A stretch of 63,631 nt of DNA, counting the filler, from Stramenopiles sp. TOSAG23-2 (Eukaryota), in NCBI GenBank assembly GCA_900128395.1. It is 19 parts of 19 records of this genome, joined end to end, with 100 filler letters (N's around TTAATTAATTAA, not from the genome) between each part and the next. Parts side by side here need not be neighbours in the genome. Positions count along the whole stretch, not along the records: positions 54,241 to 57,734 come from LT651189.1; positions 57,835 to 61,323 come from LT651190.1; positions 61,424 to 62,477 come from LT653883.1; positions 62,578 to 63,631 come from LT653884.1; 15 more parts are not named here. One strand, given 5' to 3'. This document shows positions 54,978 to 63,631 of the stretch, in pieces. Position 1 is the first letter of the stretch; each line of letters opens with the position of its first letter. The translations under genes were made by a program, and so were the position numbers. The notes under the pieces were generated by a model. That model saw only the letters and a program-made list of their open reading frames with translations, made no database searches and was not told the origin of the DNA.

Positions 54978-56117
54978 TTAAAAATCAATACTACTTTCTG
55001 CACTTGTATATGCATCACTATCATCAATATAATAATTACCATCATCCTCTGAATCAGAAGAAGACCATAATGCAGATTTTACTTTGTTTGAGGAATTAGT
55101 CTTTGTTTTACTAATGTTATTGTTGCTATTGTTATTCTTCATTTCTACAATTGTTGGCAGTGCTGCTGCTGTTGGTGCGCGTGGTGGTATTTCCTCTTTC
55201 CCTTTTTTGTCATTATTTTTATTATTATAATTATTATTACGTATATCAGCTGAGATTAATTTTGCCAATGGTTCATCTTGGGACATCATTTTATGATTCA
55301 ATCCCATTTCATTTTCTATACGACGTAATTCACTAATTTGTGATATAAAATATCGAAACAATTGTAATGGTAATGGATTTGATTCTGGAAACATTCGTGT
55401 ATAATCACCATTATCCCATTCTTCTAATACTTGCTTCATTTCTTGTGTAAAATTAAGTATCCCTAAATACATATGATTTCGTAATAATGGACTCTTTACA
55501 AAATGGAATTTCTTTTTAAATTCATCAGGTTCTGGAAATTTACTCAAAGCTTGTGATTGTTGCATAATTAAATCATGTAATGGAAACCAACAATTTGTTG
55601 CTACTCTGCGTAATAAACCACGATAATGTTTTGCTGCTTTAGAATCTGGATTTGTTCGCAATACACTTTCATAGTCATCACCAACTAAAGTATATAATTC
55701 ATTAATTTCCATTTTAATATATTTTTTAAATGACCATGCCACTTCTGGATTTTCTGCATAATATTTTTCTAATGCACCATTACTTAATTTATATATTGAT
55801 ACACGTGGTGTTTCCCCAGTAAGTTTTGTTACACTTTCTGGTGGACTAATCGACATTACAATTTGCATTTGCGCTGACATCATATATGAAAAAGCAGGCC
55901 CAACAAATTCTTGAATTTGTTTTCGAACCCTTTGTAACTTTGCTTTACGTAATTGTTGGTCTCTTTGTTCTTCATGTTCACGTCTAACTTCACCGGCTTT
56001 TAATTTTCCTTGTACAACATATCCTAAAACAGCAACAACTGCAGATAAAAAAATAAGCGTTCCTTGGACAATAAGTCCTACATCGCTAGCATTTGAACCG
56101 GCTCCAACGGTGCTCAT
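54978..56117 (-). CDS. Hypothetical protein with an N-terminal transmembrane helix
   Basis: 379-aa ATG-started ORF; TM LIVQGTLIFLSAVVAVLGYVV, then a helical domain. Confidence 0.8.
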   Translation of the reverse strand: MSTVGAGSNASDVGLIVQGTLIFLSAVVAVLGYVVQGKLKAGEVRREHEEQRDQQLRKAKLQRVRKQIQEFVGPAFSYMMSAQMQIVMSISPPESVTKLTGETPRVSIYKLSNGALEKYYAENPEVAWSFKKYIKMEINELYTLVGDDYESVLRTNPDSKAAKHYRGLLRRVATNCWFPLHDLIMQQSQALSKFPEPDEFKKKFHFVKSPLLRNHMYLGILNFTQEMKQVLEEWDNGDYTRMFPESNPLPLQLFRYFISQISELRRIENEMGLNHKMMSQDEPLAKLISADIRNNNYNNKNNDKKGKEEIPPRAPTAAALPTIVEMKNNNSNNNISKTKTNSSNKVKSALWSSSDSEDDGNYYIDDSDAYTSAESSIDF

Positions 56118-56453
56118 GATATGCGATGGAGGGTTTAGTTCTAATAATAATGATATTATTGTGTGTTTTTGGATATATGTATATGTATGTGTGTGTGTAT
56201 ATGTGTGTTAAAATTATATTTACTATAAAATTATTGAATTATTTAGTCGTCTATTCTAAAAAATTTATAAACAAAAAGAAAAACCTTATTACTATATAGT
56301 AGGCATACACTATTATATATTATAGTAGGCACACAGCACTATCTAAAGCCGTGCATATTTTACCCACATAAGCCGCGTGTGTGTGATGACAGGAACTTGT
56401 TGTATATATACCGCTTTTTATATAATTAATTACATTTCTTATTTTTTTTTTTT

Positions 56454-57230
56454 TTATATATACTCTACAATTTTACGAAACAGAACATCTGGTGCATCAT
56501 CAAAAACAAAACGACAAAGGTTTTCATTTAAATTACGTAGTGGATTCGATATTTCTTTAATCCTTGCCCTTTTATCACTAAGTAATTTCCGTAATAAAAT
56601 AATCCAACCTCGTGTTCCCCATCGAGTGACCACCACCCAACCTAAAAATTTATGAGGATAGCTGCCACAAATATTTCCCTTTTTAATCCATCTTTCGCAA
56701 TTTCGACGAGCATTCCTCATAGAATATTGCAATTGGGTGTTTCGCCAAAGCATTGCAGGCCCGGGGGATAATGGTGCAGTGAATGTTACCGTCTTTGATG
56801 TATTTCTAAAATGCCCAGGGACAGTATTTGCAAGTTCGCCGACTATTTTGTTACCGCAAAGAAGCAGAGATTGGTGAATGCAACCGTCACCTTGATTGTT
56901 TGTTATAATACCTTTGGTTCGTAATTTAATTTTTTCTCCTGGATTTGCCATGATAATAATCCCTTCAACAAGCTCACCACATCCATCTATAAACTCTACC
57001 CAATGTTCCCAACCTCTTGAATTGTCTATATTTTTTCTTAGTTGTTCCCGTTGTTTTAATAATGTTTCCCATTCAGTAGAATTATTGTCTCCATTCCTTT
57101 TATCTTGCGGTTGTTTTGGATTTCTTTTCCTCCACGCTTTGAGTATTGCTATATGTTGTTGTTCATTTAAAGCTTTCTTTGTAATCATCCTTGTATTTTT
57201 TTCTTTCTTACTGCTATTGGTGGCTCCCAT
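56454..57230 (-). CDS. Hypothetical protein (possible N-myristoylation; C-terminal F-box/PRANC-like motif)
   Basis: Starts MGATNSSKK and ends APDVLFRKIVEYI. Confidence 0.75.
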   Translation of the reverse strand: MGATNSSKKEKNTRMITKKALNEQQHIAILKAWRKRNPKQPQDKRNGDNNSTEWETLLKQREQLRKNIDNSRGWEHWVEFIDGCGELVEGIIIMANPGEKIKLRTKGIITNNQGDGCIHQSLLLCGNKIVGELANTVPGHFRNTSKTVTFTAPLSPGPAMLWRNTQLQYSMRNARRNCERWIKKGNICGSYPHKFLGWVVVTRWGTRGWIILLRKLLSDKRARIKEISNPLRNLNENLCRFVFDDAPDVLFRKIVEYI

Positions 57231-57834
57231 TTATATATTATATTTTATCTTGTTGAATTGTGAAATTTGTTAACATTTATATCTATATGTATAAACTATT
57301 TTGATTAATGTTTCGTGAATGAATTGAGACGTGGTGCTGGTGGTGTTGTGCGCTGGTGCGCTGGTGCGTATTCTTCATTAATTTTTGATTCGTACCTACG
57401 TACTACTATACTATAATAAAGTCATATACCGCTATGTAATATCAAATATTGGTTTTGTTGGTAGTATTCTACATGTAATGACTATGTAAAGTTCTTTGTT
57501 TCCGTATACGGAGTTTAGGTAGATACGAATCATATATATAAAAATAGATGCTGCACATATATATATATAATATATATGTAGAGTTTTGAGTTTTGAATCT
57601 CTCTATCTATCCCTCTCTCTCCCCCCTCAAACAAATCACAATCCATGATGTTGGTTAGTACTTTCTATCTTAATGGAATGTGGACAATTTGGCCTTTTAA
57701 TTTGCGCAATTGCTTGCCATGTGCTACAAATTGANNNNNNNNNNNNNNNNNNNNNNNNNNNNNNNNNNNNNNNNNNNNTTAATTAATTAANNNNNNNNNN
57801 NNNNNNNNNNNNNNNNNNNNNNNNNNNNNNNNNN

Positions 57835-58133
57835 AGAATAATATTCTATCCTACTATTAGTAAAGCTCTAATGCACCTCTGCAAACTAAATACTCTACAA
57901 GCACAAGTAGGTTTCTATCCTTCCGCGCGTACATATAATATATTTCAATATATTATAGAATTATCATGAGTAAATTAAAAATAAATTATGCGTAAAATTA
58001 ATTATATATTATATTAAATATATAATATGAGAGCTTTATTATAGTAGGATAGCATTATTATTCTTGCGATTGAGTATTGAGCATACTACTTAACATGAGA
58101 AGTAAAATTATTATATAACTTAGATTTTAACCA
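57835..58133. repeat. Composite 3'-flank repeat: inverted module B (57835-57925), module A (57956-57993), forward module B (58029-58133)
   Basis: Direct matches to 30570-30703, 27590-27660 and 47056-47092. Confidence 0.85.
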
Positions 58134-58337
58134 TATTATATATTATTTTTTTATACCGTACGCTTTGTATTATAATAATAATATTATTTTTATTTAATTA
58201 CGTACCACCTCTAGAAATGTTCAGTTTCAATCATAGCATTTAAATACCATACATTTTAAATCAAATTCAAAATTGGTAGATATGTATTCACACACGCAAT
58301 AAAAAATTTTCCGTATCATAACACAAACATCTTTTAT

Positions 58338-61322
58338 TTAATCTCCCTCTTCAATTTCAACAGTTAGTTCTCCTGGACTTAAATTGTCCCCAACCTCAAC
58401 AACTACACGTTTTACTTTTCCAGAGCATGGAGCAGCAACTACAGTTTCCATTTTCATTGCACTCAATACAACTAATGGATCTCCCTTTTCCACATATTCC
58501 CCTTGTTCAACACGAACATTAACAACAACACCAGGCATAGGCGCACCAACAGAACCTAATACGGATTCTATGGCTACCTCTTTCTTAGCCCCTTCAACGC
58601 CAGCACTCTTATCTTCCACCGTTATGATCCTCTGATGCCCATTTAAATCAAAATAGACATCTCGATTACCAGTCTCCGCATCAACATCTCCAACTGATTT
58701 CAACGTAATGTATAATGTTTTGCCATTATCAATATCGAATTTAGCCTCTTCATTTGGTGATAGACCAACAACGAAAGCTCTTGTATCTAACACTGATACG
58801 TCCCCATATTTATTCACAAAATTTTTATAGTCTTCAAATACTTGTGGATAAAGGACATGGCTTATCATATCAGTTTCTGATATGTATTCATTAAATTTTT
58901 CGTCTAAACGCTCTTTTTCGCCAATAAAATCATATGGCTCCAACTCCTCCCCTGGACGGCCTTCAAAACTTTCTTTGCCATTATCAAGTACCTTACCTTT
59001 AATAACTTGTGATCTGAAAGGTTCTGGAAAACCACCTAGAGGTACACCCAAATAACCTTGGCAAAATTCAACAACCGAAAGCGGTAAAGATAAATTTTCC
59101 ACATCTTTTTCCACGTCCTCCCTTGTCAAATCGTTTGTCACCATAAATTGGGCTAAATCACCAACTACTTTAGATGAGGGAGTCACCTTAACAATATCAC
59201 CCAATACAGCATTAGCTTCTGCATATTTGCGTTTAACTTGGGGCCATCGATCTGCTAAACCTAATTGACTGGATTGAAATAATAAATTTGTATATTGTCC
59301 ACCAGGCATTTCGTGATCATAAACATCTGAACTTCCGCTTTTTTGACCACTTTCAAATGGAGCATAAATTTGTCGTGTCTGCTCCCAATATTCATTAACT
59401 AATGTTAGGTCATCCATATTCACGCCAGTATCGAGATCTGTTCCTTTTAATGCCGCAACTACCGCTCCCATAGATGGTTGTGAGGTCAAACCACTCATGG
59501 AATCTATTGCTAGATCGACCGCATCGGCGCCAGCTTCAGCAGCAGCAATCATCGCTGCTACACCAGCACCGGCAGTATCGTGAGTATGAACATGGATTGG
59601 TAGATCAGGAAATTCTTTGCGTAAGGCTGTTATTAACATAGTAGCGGCGCGTGGTTTTAACAAACCAGCCATATCTTTAATTGCTAACACATGAATGCCT
59701 TGTGCAACCAATTGTCGCACAAATTCCATATAATAATCTATGGTATATTTGTATCCAGCTTCATCACGTAAAACATCACCTGTGTAACATACGGATGCTT
59801 CGATAATTCCACCAGCTTCACCAACGGCATCAATTCCCAATCTCATATTTTCAATATAATTCAGCGAGTCGAATACACGAAATACATCCATACCATGCTT
59901 CACAGCAAGATCGCAAAATTTATAGACAACATTATCTGGATAACTTGTATAACCAACCGCATTTGCACCACGTAATAACATTTGAAATGGTATGTCTGGA
60001 ACTTCCTCTCTCATTTTTCCTAATCGATCCCAAGGACATTCTTTTAAAAATCTCATAGCTACGTCATATGTTGCACCGCCCCAATTTTCGATCGAATATG
60101 CATTTTCAAATGCAACTGCGGACGCCGGTGCAATTTTCAATATATCATGCGTTCGCACCCTGGTAGCCAGTAATGATTGATGCGCATCGCGCCATGTAGT
60201 ATCAGTAATTAGCAAGCCTTCATGTTCCCTCACAGCTTTTGCAAATGCTTCAGGCCCATCTTTTTTATAAATCGAATACAAGCTACCTCTGTCGCTAAAA
60301 CTTTTATTATTTGTGCCTTTCATTTCGGAAACTGCCGGGACAATTGGGGCAATCTCCGATGTTGGTATAGCTTTGTCAGCCCCAAGCTCAGCTGGACTGC
60401 CGTTAACAATTATTTCGCCAAGAAATTGTAACAATCTTTGAGCTCGATTTCGGAAAAATTTTTCACGTTTACCTCCTTCTACTAATAAATCTGGATTCTC
60501 ACCGATAAAACTTGTGGTAATATTACCATTGACAAATTCTGAGTTACTCAACACGTTACGTAGATAATATATATTTGTAGTGACCCCACGTATACGAAAT
60601 TCCGTTAAGGCACGCCTCAATTTTGCCGCACACGCTTCCCTAGTTGATGCCCTACCTGTTAATTTAACAAGTAACGAATCGTAAAATGGAGTGATATTAG
60701 CACCAACAAATCCTGGACCATCATCTAAGCGTATACCCATACCAGTTGGTTGCCGAAAAACGGATACGTAACCGCTATCAGGAGCAAAATCACGTGATGG
60801 ATCCTCTGTTGTTACTCTGCACTGCATTGCAACTCCAGTCGCTGCTATATTTTCTTGTTTTAAACCTAGCTCTTCAAATGTTTTCCCAGATGCTATTTTC
60901 ATTTGTGTTTGGACAAGATCAATACCGGTAACTTCCTCAGTAACAGTATGTTCTACTTGTATCCTTGGATTTACCTCAATAAAATAATGGCGTCCTTCTT
61001 TATCTACTAAAAATTCCACTGTACCAGCATTTCGATATTTTGCATTTGCCGTTAATCTTACTGCATCGTCCAACATGGCTTGTCGAACTTTTGGATCTAA
61101 CCCCATTGCAGGTGCAGTTTCCAAAACTTTTTGATGTCGACGTTGCAAACTACAGTCACGATCATATAAATGCACCACATTACCTTGGCCATCCCCAATT
61201 ATTTGAACTTCAATATGTCTTGGGTCTATAACGTATCGTTCTAAAAATACAGTGCCATCGCCAAATGCTGCCAAGGCTTCACTTTGAGCTAAGTTGAAAT
61301 TTTCTTCCAATTCAGCCTCCGT
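58338..61322 (-). CDS. PC: Pyruvate carboxylase, 5' partial
   Basis: BC domain RDCSLQRRHQK and EVNPRIQVEH. CT domain DTTWRDAHQSL, ENWGGAT, MLLRGANAVGY, HVHTHDT. Biotin site AMKM. Confidence 0.98.
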   Translation of the reverse strand, partial: TEAELEENFNLAQSEALAAFGDGTVFLERYVIDPRHIEVQIIGDGQGNVVHLYDRDCSLQRRHQKVLETAPAMGLDPKVRQAMLDDAVRLTANAKYRNAGTVEFLVDKEGRHYFIEVNPRIQVEHTVTEEVTGIDLVQTQMKIASGKTFEELGLKQENIAATGVAMQCRVTTEDPSRDFAPDSGYVSVFRQPTGMGIRLDDGPGFVGANITPFYDSLLVKLTGRASTREACAAKLRRALTEFRIRGVTTNIYYLRNVLSNSEFVNGNITTSFIGENPDLLVEGGKREKFFRNRAQRLLQFLGEIIVNGSPAELGADKAIPTSEIAPIVPAVSEMKGTNNKSFSDRGSLYSIYKKDGPEAFAKAVREHEGLLITDTTWRDAHQSLLATRVRTHDILKIAPASAVAFENAYSIENWGGATYDVAMRFLKECPWDRLGKMREEVPDIPFQMLLRGANAVGYTSYPDNVVYKFCDLAVKHGMDVFRVFDSLNYIENMRLGIDAVGEAGGIIEASVCYTGDVLRDEAGYKYTIDYYMEFVRQLVAQGIHVLAIKDMAGLLKPRAATMLITALRKEFPDLPIHVHTHDTAGAGVAAMIAAAEAGADAVDLAIDSMSGLTSQPSMGAVVAALKGTDLDTGVNMDDLTLVNEYWEQTRQIYAPFESGQKSGSSDVYDHEMPGGQYTNLLFQSSQLGLADRWPQVKRKYAEANAVLGDIVKVTPSSKVVGDLAQFMVTNDLTREDVEKDVENLSLPLSVVEFCQGYLGVPLGGFPEPFRSQVIKGKVLDNGKESFEGRPGEELEPYDFIGEKERLDEKFNEYISETDMISHVLYPQVFEDYKNFVNKYGDVSVLDTRAFVVGLSPNEEAKFDIDNGKTLYITLKSVGDVDAETGNRDVYFDLNGHQRIITVEDKSAGVEGAKKEVAIESVLGSVGAPMPGVVVNVRVEQGEYVEKGDPLVVLSAMKMETVVAAPCSGKVKRVVVEVGDNLSPGELTVEIEEGD

Positions 61323-61487
61323 CNNNNNNNNNNNNNNNNNNNNNNNNNNNNNNNNNNNNNNNNNNNNTTAATTAATTAANNNNNNNNNNNNNNNNNNNNN
61401 NNNNNNNNNNNNNNNNNNNNNNNGTCACGCACACACAATTTGTTTCTCGCACTCTCTCAAACTCTCTCCCCATCCACCAACCCCACC

Positions 61488-62477
61488 TCAACCTGGTGTA
61501 GAAATACTACGTTTAACCATGGCTTTCTTTGCTCTACGTTGTTTTTGTCGCTGTTTTAATTTCTTCGCAGCAATTTTTGCATTTGATATTTGACTCATTG
61601 TATGTCCTTTAAATGCTTTATGATTTAATTTACCTGGACTACTATGCCGTCTATTTGGTGAAGTATTAGAGTTATTTTTATTATCTATTGCATATAATTT
61701 ACCTGATTTACGACTTCCAGATATTTTTATTTTTTCACCTGGTGATTTTTTACCACTACTACCACCATTTTTCATCTTTTCTGGACTGATTAAATCTGAG
61801 CTACTAGCACGACGACGTTTACCATTAGCAACTTGCATTGCAGTTCCTAAATAATCGACCCCAGGACCACCTAATGGATACCATAAATGTATTGATTTTG
61901 TATGGGAAAAACGAAATGGTCGAGCATCATCATAATATGGGGCTAACCAATCAGGTGGTTCTTCATATTGTTCTGTTTCTAATAATCCACGTTTTAATTT
62001 TGCTAATTTTTTAGGCGTTGCTTTCATACCTTTTGTTAATCGTTTACTACTGGCACGTCCACGTACTAATACTCGTTTCGGTGCACCAGGTGGATGTGGT
62101 TGACATAGCCAAAAACCAACTGTTGTTCTAGAAGATAAAACTAATACGGAATTGATTTGACAAAATACTGCTAATTGTTGTATAAAACCAAATAATAAAC
62201 ATGCATATCCGCGCTCACGATAATTTCTCATCGTTGCTACCCATATAACTTCCAAACAACGTGCACCTTCCGTTTGTCCATGAAAAACCACTAATGCCGC
62301 AGATGCTAATTCTTGCGATGCACGTCGTCTTAAACCAATAATCATAGACGTTGAATAATCATATTTATAAAAATTTACATCGTTTGGTCTTGATAATAAA
62401 CATGCACCAACAATTTCATTTTGTACACTGGTACTAAATGATCGTAATACTCTTGCACAGCGCCGTAATTCATCTTC
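61488..62477 (-). CDS. GNAT-family acetyltransferase with a basic tail, 5' partial
   Basis: ASAALV...LEVIWVATMRNYRERGYACLL...VLVLS...VGFW. Frame is open to the contig end. Confidence 0.75.
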   Translation of the reverse strand, partial: EDELRRCARVLRSFSTSVQNEIVGACLLSRPNDVNFYKYDYSTSMIIGLRRRASQELASAALVVFHGQTEGARCLEVIWVATMRNYRERGYACLLFGFIQQLAVFCQINSVLVLSSRTTVGFWLCQPHPPGAPKRVLVRGRASSKRLTKGMKATPKKLAKLKRGLLETEQYEEPPDWLAPYYDDARPFRFSHTKSIHLWYPLGGPGVDYLGTAMQVANGKRRRASSSDLISPEKMKNGGSSGKKSPGEKIKISGSRKSGKLYAIDNKNNSNTSPNRRHSSPGKLNHKAFKGHTMSQISNAKIAAKKLKQRQKQRRAKKAMVKRSISTPG

Positions 62478-63237
62478 NNNNNNNNNNNNNNNNNNNNNNN
62501 NNNNNNNNNNNNNNNNNNNNNTTAATTAATTAANNNNNNNNNNNNNNNNNNNNNNNNNNNNNNNNNNNNNNNNNNNNTTTAGATATATATTTCTCTTTCT
62601 GTAGACTATATATAAATATCTTTTATCTATATTATTTATTTTGTAATGGTCTTACGCACTCTATATAATATTATTATTATCTTTTTTAGTAATGATTTAT
62701 TTATTTAATGCTAAGTGCATGCTAGTCGCAATAATTTTTAATAATTATCTTCTTCCTTGTGGCTTTAGATGATAAGACGGAGAATAGCATAGGAATAGCA
62801 TTATAACCGAGTTGTAGAGTAGGGTTCAAGCGGAACGAAATTTTCTGAGCGTCGGTGTTCCGACTATCAAAATATGCCGATTATTGATATTTTAAACATA
62901 AAAATATCCGATTTAATTTTGTAAAGTGGAATTTCATAGTTGTTTATTTTTTTTAAAAAAATGAAATCACAAATTCCTTAGTATATATAGTACGTGCGTA
63001 CATCAGTTCTTCAACGCACCAACCAGACGGTTTCATCAGCACACCACACCGCACCATGCAGACCAAAAAATATATAACAATTCTATGTAATGTGTACACA
63101 ATGTATAATACACACTTTTAAGTGCAAAAAAGACACAAAGACATAAAGATATATACATTGTAATACTATTTTTATACATATCGTCATATATAATCATATA
63201 TATATATATATATATACCATAATATATTAAAAATAAT

Positions 63238-63590
63238 ATGAACTCCGCCTGGGGAAAGGATATCGCCATAGTCCTAGAAAAAAAAATCTACATGAAGGTG
63301 TAGATCAATCTGTACAAACAAGTAGGTATGAAGATGAAGATGAAAAGAAAAAAAGCAATGGAGGGAAGAAGAAGAATAATAATGTTGATGGTAACAGAGC
63401 TAGACGTGAAAGAAATATTCAAAGTGCAGGTAGAGCATATGAAAGGAGGCGAAAAAAAGGTAGTTTGTCCCCAAGAAGAGAGCGTCGTTTAAGACCACAA
63501 TCAGCTAAAGCAACAATTCATTCAAGAAAAAAGAAAAAAGCGCCATTTTATACAACCGTGAAAGATCGCAGCTCGTTTAGTCCAGTTTGA
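63238..63590 (+). CDS. Basic low-complexity ORF lacking an in-frame ATG (fragment or frameshifted)
   Basis: About 113 open codons (GKGYRHSPRKK...RPQSAK...SFSPV*). The nearest ATG (63238) is in another frame. Confidence 0.4.
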
Positions 63591-63631
63591 AACATAATAT
63601 ATTTGAAGTGTATATGTGTGTGGTGATATTA

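Noticed and set aside
62805-62875. tRNA or SINE (GGTTCAAGC B-box-like)
   Set aside because: No cloverleaf, A-box or acceptor stem could be built.
1-63631. Alternative genetic code
   Set aside because: Conserved genes read through without internal stops, and TAA, TAG and TGA all end genes at expected positions.

Overview
This is not a contiguous locus. It is 19 short contigs of an AT-rich, intron-poor microbial eukaryote, joined by 18 artificial 100-bp spacers (N44-TTAATTAATTAA-N44). The first 17 contigs fall steadily from 3538 to 3489 bp; the last two are 1054 bp each. A heterotrophic stramenopile-like protist is a guess from gene content and cannot be proven here. Exact 55-bp overlaps at contig ends, several chimeric gene junctions and near-identical tandem duplications suggest an MDA single-cell or co-assembly, so linkage across spacers means nothing and fusions need checking. 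Recognisable genes: Fe-containing alcohol dehydrogenase (one GT-AG intron), SAM methyltransferase, PCGF RING-RAWUL, Patched-like transporter, VPS9 GEF, RPL9, zeta-COP, Tcd/TcdA, LRR-LNR membrane protein, cAR-like GPCR, GBP-like GTPase, triple-bromodomain protein, DCAF7, SLC38-type transporter, GlpA-like oxidoreductase, pyruvate carboxylase and a GNAT. The best leads are: (1) a modular dispersed repeat family found almost only just 3' of stop codons and mostly in one orientation; (2) a TACCWGGTA palindrome recurring upstream of genes; (3) an in-frame kinase-IQ-CX5R phosphatase fusion; (4) an inverted BET-like ET + 3 bromodomain protein; (5) a PTCH-type protein in a protist; (6) a 560-bp foldback element and a putative TA-flanked TIR element split across two contigs. 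No rRNA, tRNA or CRISPR array could be supported.
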